From positions 558,001 to 622,000 of the forward strand of contig CT868540.1 in assembly GCA_000165425.1 (NCBI GenBank): a stretch of DNA of 64,000 nucleotides, in the 5' to 3' direction. The notes below the pieces were generated by a model. The model ran no database searches. It saw nothing but the letters and a program-made list of their open reading frames with translations, and was not told where the DNA came from. This document shows positions 41,313 to 54,373 of this stretch, piece by piece. Each line of letters opens with the position of its first letter. Within the stretch, counting starts at the first letter, position 1. The translations under genes and the position numbers were made by a program. The stretch comes from Paramecium tetraurelia (taxonomy: Eukaryota).

Positions 41313-42008
41313 ATGAGTCGATAAATTTATGTAGGAAGATTGGGATCTAAAATAAGGCGGGAAGATTTGTAACAGGAGTTTGAGAAGTATGGGAAGATAA
41401 AGGATATTGATCTACGAAGCACACATGCCTTCATTGAATTTGAAGCTTCAGATGAGGCTAAGTAGGCAATATCATAAGTGGACGGGCGAAGGATAGGTGG
41501 TGATCGTGTCACTGTTAAACAAAGAGGTAGGATGACATTTGATCGTGTGATGATAAGATGATCGACCTTCAGGTGTAAGAGGACCAACAGCCAGAGATGT
41601 GTGTTTCAATTGTGGACGCAAAGGCCATTGGGCAAATGAATGCAAGGAAGGTTTCAGCTATCATCTTATATCAAGGCGATTTGCGAGAAACATGCTACAG
41701 GTGTTACAAGAAAGGCCATATCAAAAAGGAATGTCCTGTGTCAAGAACTCCTAGTGATGCTAAAAGGTAATGTATGTTACAAAAGAATTAAGATAAAGAA
41801 GAGATAGGAAAAGAAGAAGATCATCCTCTTCATCCAAATCTTCTTCTTCTTCATCAAAATCTAGGAGAAGAAGTAGAAATTTCAAAAAAAACAGATAAAA
41901 TAGAAGATAATCCAGGAAATCATCAAGTGAAAGTAGAAAGTCAAACTCATCATAAACATCTAGAAGTTCAAGGTAACTAATAACCATTATCATAGTAAAA
42001 ATTCATGA
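41313..42008 (+). CDS. SR splicing factor: RRM, two CCHC zinc knuckles, RS-rich tail
   Basis: IYVGRL..FEKYGKIKDIDL..HAFIEFE; CFNCGRKGHWANEC; CYRCYKKGHIKKEC; SRRRSR; four introns. Confidence 0.92.
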
Positions 42009-42452
42009 TAAATTGCATCAATTATATAATTACATATATGTTAAAAATTATTCTGCAATTATAATACATTACCAATCTTAATTAGTGAATTGTTGGCACT
42101 GATTAAGATAAACAAATCGTTTATTGTAATATTTCTTATTCTAACCTTTATTATTAGTTGAAACCATCCTTAAAACTTATCAATCCATATAATGGATGTT
42201 CTATATTCTTGTATGTATTAATGATAATATTAGATTATGCTAAAAATGTAGTTTTCATTTCTCTTTGATTGATTCTATGATTTATAATATTTTAACTTTT
42301 TATTAATTCTGTTATTTTGATTATTTATGAATTGAATCTAGAAGATACAGTGTGATCATTAGTATGCTGTTGTAAATATTGAAAATTATCCATTTAGAGG
42401 AAGAAATTGGTTGTAATTTGGGTGATTGATAAAATTTATAATTTCATTATAT

Positions 42453-43705
42453 ATGTATTTGATTTTTCAAAGAATTTTGACCGGATTGTTTAAGCTATTG
42501 TCAGTTATTAGATGTCTGAGATCAACTATAGTTCAGTACGTTGCGTTCAACCCCCCAGAAGTAGGTTATTTAATACGAAACAGAAATGAAGTGATAAAAA
42601 CTATTACTCTGTCCCCAATGCAAGAAGAGAGATCTAGGACTTTAGATGAACCACAATCACCGCTAATACAAGTCAAATAACCAATTAGACAGTCGCATCA
42701 ATTAACGAAGGAACATCTTTCGATTATTTCCCCAAGAATAAAATACTACAATACTCTATAAAGTGCAGAATATAAGTAACAATTGAGAAACCCAAAGAAT
42801 TAAGAGTATGAACAATATAATACATAAGTTAATATCCCTCACAAGAGTTTAATTTTATAAGCAATGAATTGAAGGCTATGGAGATTGATAATAATCCTGG
42901 ATTGCCTATTTCTAGTTATGTGTTGGAGTCCAAGTCTGGCAATTTGATTGCGTCTATTTATATTGAATTTTAAAACAGCGAATAGATTATTCTATATAGT
43001 CATGGCAATTCTACAGATATCGGTTTGATGTTTGATACGTATGTTGATATCGTCATGGAGTGTAAAATCAACCTATTTTCCTATGATTATTCAGGCTATG
43101 GCTAAAGCACTGGTTATCCCACTGACATAAACTTGCTGTACGACATTGAATCGGCCTACATCTTTTTAGTTGATCAATTGCAATTTGAACCAAGGAATAT
43201 CATAATCTATGGCTATAGTATAGGATCTGGACCAAGCACTAACCTAGCCTCGAGACATGATGTTGGAGGATTGATCATTCATTCTGGTTTGTCAAGTGGA
43301 CTGAGAGTGATTGACCCTACCATTGATCACACATCATATAATGATATATTTCCTAATCTTGATTACATAGTTGATGTGACAGCCCCAGTTTACTTACTTC
43401 ATGGAGGAGCTGACTCTATGATTAATGTTGTCCATGCTGAACAATTAGCTCAAAATGCTCATCATTTATTCTCGGTTTGGTTGGTGGAAAATGGAGGTCA
43501 TGGAGACATTGATTCCCAATGGAAGGAATTGTACTTCAAAAGATTACAGAGATTTCTACAATGTATATTTCAACTTATTTTAGATTGCTAAACTGCCTAT
43601 GTGGTTAGACCACAATAAAAATAAAATAAAAGAACAACTAAACATATCTATGATGAATGTAACTTTGACAAAGAAATCTTTTAAATAAGTCTACTAGAAA
43701 TGTGA
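42453..43705 (+). CDS. ABHD17: ABHD17-like alpha/beta hydrolase (protein depalmitoylase family)
   Basis: VAFNPP, LYSHGNSTDIG, YDYSGYGQSTG, YGYSIGSGPS, HGGADSMI, GGHGDI; start approximate. Confidence 0.85.
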
Positions 43706-44020
43706 ATATATATATGATAATCAATTGAAATAATGTTAATATATATATTACCATTGAAGCTTACAATTTAATATACTTAAAATTTGAATTAGGATCACTG
43801 TAAATTTATGATGTAACCATATTTTTATTATATAATTTATCAACGTTACAATAGCCATTTACATATCCTAATTGATTACTTTACATTATGTAGTATAGTA
43901 TTGTAATATAAATATTACACTAATAATTAATATTTTGGAGAATATAACCATGATAAAAGATAGGGAGAAGGAGAAAATAAGAAGTTGTAATAATATTTTG
44001 GAAAATGATACTATATATTA

Positions 44021-45454
44021 TCAAGATGTATCATTGGTCTCATCTTCTTCAATTATCTCACCTAATAGAGTCTAATATATACCTTCCTCTTGCTAATACC
44101 CTTCTCCGTCTTCGCCTTCTCCTTCGCCCTCCTCTTCCAATTAATTAGGATCAATTCCAAACAAGTGTAAGTTTTACTAAATCACTTATTATTAATAATA
44201 CACTAAATATTTCTCTGAATTGATTATTCTCATTTGCCAATTTTTCATTCTCTTCCATAATGACTTATTTTTCATCCAACATATGCTAGTACAATTATTT
44301 GAAGTTCTCTATCAAATCCTCAAGTTTCTTGATTTCTTAATCCTTCTAGTCTATTTAAGCTATGATTTCTTCCTTGTCTCCATCTTATCCATCCCCATTC
44401 TAATGGCCTTCCCCTTTTTACAATTGAGTTTGCAATTATTCGATAATCTAGTCCTTCATATTGATATCATGAGCCATTTCTTCCATTTTAGCTTAAATAT
44501 CTTCTAGATTGTAATTCTAAAATTCTTAAGCTATTTCATCAATTTATTATTGTTTTTCATTTATAGTCTATTCCATTTCTTGCATTTATTTTTCATATTA
44601 TTTCTTTTGTTGATCCAATTTCTTCTGGGTTTAAACTTCAGCATTCTTCAATTGGTCTTTCAACTTTTTAACATCCTCAGTCAACTATTAAGTTTTCTTT
44701 TTCTCCTCAGCCCCTTCCTTCTTCAAATCATTAAGTTTTTTCTCAAGATCCTATTGGGATGCCTTGCTAAAGAAATAAATCAATGCTATTTACATCTTCT
44801 TCTCAACTTCTTTATTTATAGAATTCAATTAATCCTAAGCTTATTTTAGTTCTTTTTTAAGTTGTTGACATGTATCTTGTTCCTCCTTCAATTGGTTATT
44901 TAAGGATGCCTTTTAGTCCTATTAAACGTAAGGATACATCAATTACCGAATTTTTTTGTGAACTATTGTATTGTTCTTCCTCTTTTTAATCATATCTTGG
45001 CTTATTGTTTGATCTCGTGCCAGAGAAATTGATTTCCCTTGCACCAGGTTATTGAAGAGGTTTTGCTGCATTTGTAACAGGCTTCTAAGCGAATTAGGGT
45101 GGTTCTTATTTAGTAGTGGCTGCAAATTTAAATTGCCCCTAAGATTATTATGACTGTTAAGGTTATTATTTTTTTTGAGCATTTTGAGTATTTTCAAATT
45201 TATTTCCCAAGTTTGTTTAACCTGCTGATTGTGGAGCTTTTTAATACATTTCTACGACACATTATATTTGCATTATTACCTTAATAAGGAATGATTTCTG
45301 TCTTATGTTGCTAACCAATAGGTCCCTATCTATTATGCACCTGTGAATCACAGCTGTAGCATAATCTTACAACCTAGCCAATTTTACACTATTGACATTT
45401 TATTGTTGCTGGTCTTTGATTGCATTATAAACATTTGACAAAGAGGGAGCTCAT
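44021..45454 (-). CDS. B-box zinc finger coiled-coil protein with acidic tail
   Basis: CLQCNQRPATIKCQQC...LCYSCDSQVH...H; long E/Q/K coiled coil. Confidence 0.8.
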
Positions 45455-45959
45455 CCAAATTTGAATTAATAAAATTGATGATATTTTTAATACTCTAAAC
45501 AGATTTAACCAAATTCACTTAAAAAAATGAAAATATGCATTACTCCACACTAAAGATTCAGAAATTGAGGGATAATTTTACTATATTCCCAGATTAAAAC
45601 ATAATCAACTCAACAAGATAAATAGCAAAAATTAATAAAATAAAAATTCTAATTTCTTTGTTATTCGAACAAATTAATGTTATTATTATTATTATTAGTG
45701 ACTAATCCTTTTAAAATTAGATCATCTTATATAGGAGGTTCAATTACTATCTCAACTATTCATTTTGAAAAAATAAATTATCTTATCCTTTTTATATATT
45801 TATGCTACCATTGTCAGATTTTTAATATGAATCAAAATTAGAGGACTCGCAAAAAAATAGTCTAATTTACTTCTTCAATTAATCTTTTCAAAGAATATAC
45901 GATATTGAAATGTAAATTTCAATTCTTTATTTTAATTTAATATTTATTTAAAGTATGTG

Positions 45960-47013
45960 TCAAATAATTTAATCGTTTTTAAAATTTGCGAAAAAGGATT
46001 CTCCATTAGGTTCTGTTATCTTCGCTTCTCCATTTAATTTACCTTCCTCCCATTCTCCTTCAATAGATCTACCATTTGCTTGAATGAATTTTCCTAATCC
46101 GTGTTTTTTATCATTCTTAAAATGACCTAGAGTCTTTCAATGCAATACCTATATATTTATCTCCATTTGGGTATCTCATCTCTCCTTTACCATTCATGTA
46201 GTTGTTTATCCATTCTCCCCCATAGGTTCTACCATCACTCCATCTGTATTCTCCAATACCCTCATAACGATCTTCCACAAAGTTTCCTTTGTATTAGGAA
46301 TTATCTGAATATTTTACTAAGCCTGATCCATGTTTCCGTCCATTTTTGAATTGTCCTTCATAAGTAGTTCCATTGGCTTTCTTCTCATAGCCTTGTCCAT
46401 TCTGAATACAAAATACAAATACTTATAAATCATCCTCCCACTTTCCTATGTAGGTCAACTCCTTCGTAACTAAGGTTCCTTCACCATGAGTTTATCCTAG
46501 TCTCCATTCCCCTATGTAATATTCACCATCTGCATATATGATTCTGCCAAATCCATCGTGCTTGTTATGACACCAATGACCTTCATAAATTGAACCATCA
46601 GGATAGTATTGGATCCCTGCTCCATTTCTTTTTTGTTTATACCATTAGCCTTCATAAATGACAATTGAATGAATATCTCCATTGGGTTTGTAATTTACAA
46701 TTTATATGGGCTGATAAATTGTGTACTCAGAGTCATAATTTAGTTTGATAGAGCCAAGTTATTGTCGAATTGATTCTGCAATTTGGTTATCCTGTTTAGG
46801 AATTTCATTTAGTTTCATTGCATCCGATGGTAAATGCTCATCTTCAATTATATTTCGGTTGCTTTAGTCATCATTGAAACCCTAACTGACTTCTTCGAGC
46901 ACATATTTCGCGGTTTAAAGTCCTTGATAATCGACTTGCTCTGGAGTATAAATGTTTATTGGTATCTAATCAGGAATATAGCCACTTTTGAGATTACAAC
47001 ACTATTGCCCCAT
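45960..47013 (-). CDS. MORN-repeat protein
   Basis: Repeated YEGxWxxxxxxGxG units; N-terminus MGQQCC. Confidence 0.9.
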
Positions 47014-47055
47014 TTAGTTATAATAAAAATTAAGGGTAGATATAAATAATAATTA

Positions 47056-47470
47056 ATGTAAAAATTAAGGAACATTTATAAGAATTTTTATGAGAATGTT
47101 GTAAAAGGAGGGTAGAAGATAGATGCTCCTCCCAAATACAATTTCAAAGGACAGAAACAGGATTTCAAAGATTTTCAAAGAGGTCCTCAATTGACTCGAG
47201 AACAATTGGCTCAAAAGTAAACGCACAATTAATCGATAGTCAGAAGTTGGATGAAGAATTGAAACCATAAACAAGAGAATTAAGGTTAAAAAATGCTTTT
47301 TATTTTTGCATTTATATGGGATGGTTTGCTGGAGTAATATTGTTTGTGATGTATCGTTTGGGAAGTGATGAAATTGGAGATATGGAAAGATCGGCAAAAG
47401 AAAGGTAGCTATTTATTTGAAATTAAGAATTCGTTTACGTGAGACATTAAAGAAAGAAAACTAAAGATGA
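47056..47470 (+). CDS. Small single-pass membrane protein (weak COA3-like resemblance)
   Basis: Two small introns; RLKNAFYFCIYMGWFAGVILFVMYRLGSDEIGDMERSAKER. Confidence 0.65.
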
Positions 47471-47824
47471 TTTAAAATGGCATTCTTAATTTCACAATTA
47501 ATTTTAAGAAATCAAAATTTTTATATAAAAATTGTTCAATTAATTAAATAGAAATCTAATCTGATGCCAAAGTCACAGTCCTTAAACTGTGATTCTCCTC
47601 TTAAATTTATTGACAGCGTCTATATTTATAAAATGTTGAATATATAATTATCTCGTTTGTGATGAGAGTTTTCCAAAATTATGAATATTAAAATATTCAT
47701 TTAGTATATAATGTTGATTTAGAATAAAATGATATTCATGAATTATGACAATTTAATTGAATAAGCAATTCTTAAATATTTACCTTGTTAATTATGCTTA
47801 AATTAATATTATTTAGCTTATTAT

Positions 47825-49559
47825 ATGAACAATATCAGTGAGATTGTGTATGATAACGCATCTTTCTAGATGGTATGCCAACGTAAAAACACTCGCAAGG
47901 AAATCACATACTTTTTGTATGTAATAGACAATAGTTTGATTTTGACTCAAGTATTTCACATATAATATTAGTAAGGAGCTTAATTCCCAATAACCAAAAT
48001 ATGTTCTCGAAATCAATCTTTAGTTGAAAGTCTACTGGAACCAAGAAAGACAGAAAATTACACAATTCGGATTTGAAAGCAAAGACGAAGTCAAGTATTT
48101 CGATGGAAACTGTGAAGATTTTAAATAGTTAAAGAGATTACTAAGAAATAGAGTTATGTATAGAGATGTGAGTGATTTCTATCTGCCTATCAAATAATTA
48201 GGAAGAGGAGGTTCTTCAAGAGTACTCTATTATTTATTATATACAAAGGTTTATCTGGTTATGGATAAATGTGAGAAATATGAATTCGCATCCAAAAATG
48301 TTGAGAAGAGATACCTCAGAGAAGATGGAGGCTTTGTATAATTATGTGTTTATAATCAAATTAGGAAGCGTTGTTCAACGAAATTAATTTGATGGCAGCA
48401 CTTGATCATGAAAATATAGTGAAGATGGAAGAAGTATACGAAGGAGAAACTACCTTTTATCTCATATTGGAATACTTGAAAGGGAACTCACTACATGATT
48501 TGATTTCCAAGGGTATCATCTAATTGGATTGGGATGAAATTAGGTCTATCATGTTTGTAATTAAATCACATATATTCCTTTAGGCAATTCTAACTGCCGT
48601 GGCTCATATGCACTCCTTGAACATTATGCATAGAGATTTAAAACCAGAAAACATAATGTTTAAGAAATTAAATGATATTCATGGGGTGAGGATCGTAGAC
48701 TTTGGATTAGCCACATGGCAGACCGCTGCTACATACCCTTTTCCTAAATGTGGTACTCCTGGATATGTTGCACCAGAAATAGCCAATCTTAAAGATCTTA
48801 CATTTAAATATGATAAGATATGTGATATGTTCAGCGTTGGCTGTATATTCTATAAATTGTACTATTATCTTAACCCTTAGAATTACATCCAAAGATTTGT
48901 TTCCGGGAAATGACTATCATGAAATTCTCAAGCTAAACAAGAAATGCATTATAAATTTAGATACTCTCAGTCTCTATTCAACTCCTTAATCAGCCATAGA
49001 CTTAATATCCTAAATGTTGTAGGCTGTTCCACACCAAAGGATTTCTGCATAATAGGCTTTGGATCATCCATTTTTTACTGGAACATTCATTGATAGAAAA
49101 ATGAAATTTCAATCATCTAAAAAATAACTTAACAATAATAGTAAACCTTGGTAAACATCAACCTTCAAAACTGAAAAATCTGATAGGCTTTAATTACCAG
49201 AAATCAAATAAAGATCTAGATAAAAAGATGATGATAATGTAGATGAAGAAACCCCCAAAATGAGAGTTCCTACCTTAAATAGTCCAAGACTAGCATAACA
49301 TGCAAAAAAAAAGAATTTGGCCCTAAATGATAATTCACCAACTGAATTTCCTAAGAAAAGTGCTTTTAAGAAGTTTTCCACTCAAGATTTTGATCCACTA
49401 ACACCAGACACTTAGTCACCTGATTCAGGGAGAATGAATTTTAGTAATAGTCCTCGACTCATTTAACAAAGTGTTATAAAAAGGAAATTCACATACTCGA
49501 AATTCAATTAGTAAAGATAGTAGGCCATTTATGAAGTCGATGATGAATAGAAGCATTGA
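47825..49559 (+). CDS. CAMK-group Ser/Thr kinase with N-terminal PH-like region
   Basis: LGRGGSSRVY, HRDLKPEN, VDFGLA, CGTPGYVAPE, DMFSVGCI. Confidence 0.93.
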
Positions 49560-50074
49560 ATCTATTAATTAATGTTTATTATAATCATTATGGAATCTTT
49601 TAGTTGTGAAACCTGTAATTTTATACCTTTCTCAATAAGGTTTTGATTATCTATTCAATTAAATCAAATAATAATTTAAACTTTCATTTTAAAATCATTT
49701 AATTATTGTATCTTAATTATATTATGATTGTAAAACTTTTATTTAATTTTCTTAGATATTAGTGAGATTTTGTAGAATCAAATAACAAATTTAAATTGTT
49801 GTTCAATTTTAATTTAGAAAAAAGAGATGATAATCCATTAATTTTTTGCCTTGTTCAGTAGGACTAATATTTTAAAAAAAGTCCTTTTGAATTTTAGTTT
49901 TGTGAGTTAAAGGCGTAAATCGAAAGTAATTAAAAGAGGAGTCAAATTTCCTAATAATTAGGAAATAACTCTAGGATGTAACTAAAAGAATTGGAGACTA
50001 TTAGATGCCAAAACATAATTATATAAATTTATTTAATTTATTTATCTTATTTAAATTAATAATAATTTGCAAAT

Positions 50075-50620
50075 ATGGGTACATCAATTTGTGTTAAAGA
50101 ATCCAAATAAGCTCAAGAGGAAATAAAAACAAGGTCGTAATGCTTAAGTAAAATAGTTGGCCCACCCCATTTATTTAAGCCTACTCCAGTTATCAGTATT
50201 TTGATAACTGATGAATAGGTTGAGAAGGAAGAATCTCCAAAAAATGAATTATCTCAATCATAAAATGGCAGACGGAGTGAACAGCTCTTGTTTTATACAG
50301 CTTAACAATCTGAAGAGATTGACAGTTAACAATAAAATCCCTGGATTAAGAAAAATTTTGCCATTGAAGCCATCAATATATCCAAATTTAAAAATGATGA
50401 TATGAATAATTCTAAAAATGGTAATCCAAATGATAATCTAAATAATTCTTTTGAACAAAAAAATTCAATGGCTGAACCCTCTAAACAAAAGCCTGCACTT
50501 AGGAAAAGGAGTGGATAAGAGAGCTCAAATATTTCAAATTCAGCTGGCTCTTAAAGATCCATTAAAAAGGTCTCTTTTGACAAAAAATAACAAGTTGTAT
50601 ACACAAAATACAAAAATTGA
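50075..50620 (+). CDS. Small disordered protein with MG start and C-terminal KKVSF motif
   Basis: MGTSICVKE..., one intron, ...SIKKVSFDKKQQVVYTKYKN*. Confidence 0.7.
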
Positions 50621-50683
50621 ATCATATAAAGATACTTTTTGTTTAATTAATATATCTAAAAACCTTTATAAAATATCATAAAA

Positions 50684-51275
50684 TCAAAATAATGAACTAG
50701 CTAAATAATTTATGAATAGACACACTAACCAAATGTTATTTGTCAACTTAAACATATCTCAAAATATAATAAATTTAAAATACTTTTCATTGCTTAAGAC
50801 CCTAAACAATCTTATATTTGGAGTATATTAAATAGAATGATTGAAACAAGGTACAAAATGACGCAAGCTACTGCGAATGCATAACTAGCCCCGTTCAAAA
50901 TGCAAATAATAGCCACTGCCAATTAAGGGAATGTTCTACTTGTAATACTTAGTGACTTTTTGTAAAATTCTTCTAATTTTGTCTAATATTGATTTTTAAA
51001 CATACAGGTGGTTCTTTATTTTATTAAGCAGTCGATTATAATTATCCAGAATTCGAAACATTTTAATCTACCATATGAATCTCCTATGCATCTCCTTATT
51101 AAGACGGAACTTAATATTTAACTGATGTGTGATTCGAATTCAAATTCTCAATATCTAAATGAATATCCTTTTTCAATCTGAATTTAGCATAAGCAGCAAA
51201 AAAAAAGAACACAAATGTTAGCAGTAACCAAAAAAATTCAATAATCTTGGCGCAAGTCAAAAACTCATCACTCAT
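50684..51275 (-). CDS. Small multi-pass membrane protein (MAPEG-like topology)
   Basis: MSDEFLTCAKIIEFFWLLLTFVFFFFAAYAK...RTFPQLAVAIICILNGASYAFAVACVILYLVSIILF; two inferred introns; absent from the ORF track. Confidence 0.6.
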
Positions 51276-52222
51276 CTCCAAATTATATAATAATATATAA
51301 AATTAACTATAATAGGTTCTAATATTCTGATTAAATAAAATAGCATTTTTAAAATCATTTCATAAACTCAGAATCTCACTATTGTTTGATTATCCACTAA
51401 TCATCGAATATGTTCAACAAAGTTATTGAATTTATTTCAATTTAGTATACAACTTGATGAATTTGATTTAAAAAAAAACCATTAAATTCTATTTATACTT
51501 AAGACCCATCAAAAGTAAAAGAAAAACATTAAAGTTCAGTTCCTCATTTGCTTCTTAAATTGTCGATAAATTCAATAAGGATTATTAGAAATCATTAAAC
51601 ATTTCATTTTATAATTTTAATTTTATCATATTAAAATAATGAGTTGGAATTTAAATAATACCTTAAGATATCAACTATTTTTGAGATCTATCAATTAAAA
51701 ACATATCTTGTATTTTAAATTCAGGTATATTTTAATAGTAATATAATCATATTGTTGTAATGAGTTTCCTCAGTGTAGAGTTTCTTCCAATTTTTATTAT
51801 TTTTGAAGAGATAATAGATGGCTTCAATAATTTTTATTAAAATTGATGTTAAAAATAGCTTTATAAGTAATATCATTCAGATAAGAAGTTTCAATCGCGT
51901 ATATATTGATTTTCTACAACATTATAAAATATTATATTTTAATTAGTATTGAATTATATGATTTCGTTTTTATATCATCTGTATATATATCAAAAATTCT
52001 ATTAATATTATATTAATTAATAAATACTATTAGCAATGAAGACATTATAAAAATGATTTGGGATTGAATTCATTTTAACTCAAAAATTTGTAAATGATTA
52101 TTATTTAGTTAAGGAGTAAACCATAAGAAAGGAGTGAAAGGCGAATATAAGTGTAGTTTATTGATTGATAAAGTTTTTTAAATGATTTTAGAAATTATTT
52201 ATATTTTGTTATAATTAATAAC

Positions 52223-53189
52223 ATGCTAAATTTAAAAGAAAGTCAGGACTGGAAAAAAGGAAAAAAGTTTGATTCTGCTACTTTGATATAAATTTTTTGC
52301 TTTTTTTTATTGTTGGTGAATCAGAATTTAAATGGAATGACTCAACATTCGGAAGCAAGCATTTTTTAAGCTGATCAATTTCGTATTCCAGAGGAACACT
52401 CAATTACGGATGAATATTTCAATTTCGGTGACACTAATAACTTTGCATTTTCTGACCTTGATTTTGAGAGAAATAAATTTTTGCCAATTGGTAGTTATAA
52501 CCATATTATTAAGATAAGAATTCTCATATATTGATAATATGGACATGGAAGATTAATTTAGTACAGGGTAGCAACAACCACAATAAATGAAACCAACATC
52601 AATGTAGTAATAATATGACAATTTATTTGAATTTAAGAGCTCAATCAAGAGTAAAATAATTGGAGGATCTGATTTTTTTTCTAAAGTATTAGATTACGCC
52701 AATAAATTATAAATGAATAAATTCAAGTCAAGTAATTTTGTTCTATTTACATCAGTCCCCAAAATTAATGATAAAACCCAAAAAAAGAACAACCACTCAG
52801 CTAGAATTAAAGGGGAAAAGCAACATAAATTTATGATTTCTAAATTAGAATCTTGGGATGTCCATCTAAAATCTATTCGAACACATTTTATGTAAAAAAT
52901 TTTTAATAAATTGTGGAAAGTACCTACTTAATAGATCCTCAAAACACATTGCTTTTCAGGCAATAATAGTTAATAAAATAAAATTCATATAATAGTGTAT
53001 TTATAAAATGAAATGGAACAAGTAGAAATATAGTATTCTGATTTCTAACTAAAATAAGAAATTTACTAAAACATAATATAAAGAATGATTTTCTGCTTAG
53101 ATTTAGCAATTTAATTAAATAATTAAGCAGACGATCTTATTTTTGATGTCTTATTTAAAGGATTTATTGCCGAATTATTTCATTATTGA
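52223..53189 (+). CDS. Hypothetical protein
   Basis: Code-6 frame with two small introns; start may be 52337; TGA 53187-53189. Confidence 0.55.
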
Positions 53190-53766
53190 TTAATAAATAT
53201 TAATATAATTAAATTAATTTCATTAGATCAAAATACAAAATTTAGTAATAATAGTTTTTTAAATGAAAAGTATCATTTTATAATGAGATAATCTATAATT
53301 TCAAGAATAAAACTAAATTTTATAATCATTAAATATGTCTATTTATTTAAGTCAATAGAAATTAAAGATATAAGATTGTGATTCAATTATATATATAATT
53401 AAAAACTTGACAGCGTTTCTACTCTTAATAACAACTAATTGTTGTAACTATTTATTGATATATTTATTAAACAACCGTTTTTAAGTATACTAGAAGATTT
53501 TGAATTTAAAGTATTAATATTCAAAATATTAAATCAGTCTTAAACTATAGATTAGGATTATATTATTTAATTTGGAGATATTTTTGTATTTAAGTTTATA
53601 AATGATTAATGACAACATTAAATGTGGAACTGCTTAAAATTAAAAGACATTTGAAGGAATTTGATAGTATTTGAATTGTTCACTTAAATTATCTTTTTCT
53701 TGACTAGAAAAACAATTATGATTAAGAGCTTAACAGTGCAATTAAATTTATTTATCAATCAATTTC

Positions 53767-54159
53767 TCAATAATGAATTGTTTTCAAACCTCTCTTTGTT
53801 TATTATATCAAATAGTTCAAATTATAATACATATGCGCTTTCTTAGGTTCCCACTTTTTCTCTATAATTTTAGGTAATTCTACGCTTGAATTATCAGTAA
53901 TTGTTCTTGATCTCAATTTATGCCTTTATTCTCTTTTTGGAAAGGCTTTCGTAATTTGTTCATTTTATTCTACTGTCTAAACAATTTTAGGGGTAGTTTT
54001 CCTTTTATGCATAGTTAAAGCGTAAAATGGATTATCAGATATTTTCTTAGGTTTAATGATTGGAACTTAACGAAATGATGATATATGATATTTTGATATC
54101 TCCTCAGTTATATATAGATAATCGAATGCTGATGCCTAATTTCTTTATTGGTCTTTCAT
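53767..54159 (-). CDS. Small basic hypothetical protein
   Basis: Intronless 131-codon ORF MKDQQRNQASAFDYL... Confidence 0.55.
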
Positions 54160-54373
54160 TTTAACTAACAGATTATTCAGCCTTATTATAATTACTTATA
54201 ATATTTGATGGATGATAATTTTTTTGAAATAAAATGTTTACTAGTTTATATTAAAAGACTCATTCTAATGTAGAAGATGGATAATGATTTATATTAAAAT
54301 GCTAATCAAAATAAGAAGAAGATAATAAGTTATTTGTACATATTCTTTGAATTTATTTTACAGAGCTCACAAA

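Noticed and set aside
44220..44849. Hydrophobic F/L-rich ORFs on the plus strand (also 21230-21535, 54431-54691, 59357-59563, 61934-62131)
   Set aside because: Antisense shadows of E/K/Q-rich coding sequence on the other strand
47610..53416. Shared intergenic 10-mer TTGACAGCGT at 47610 and 53407
   Set aside because: Only two copies; a chance match of this length is plausible and positions relative to genes differ
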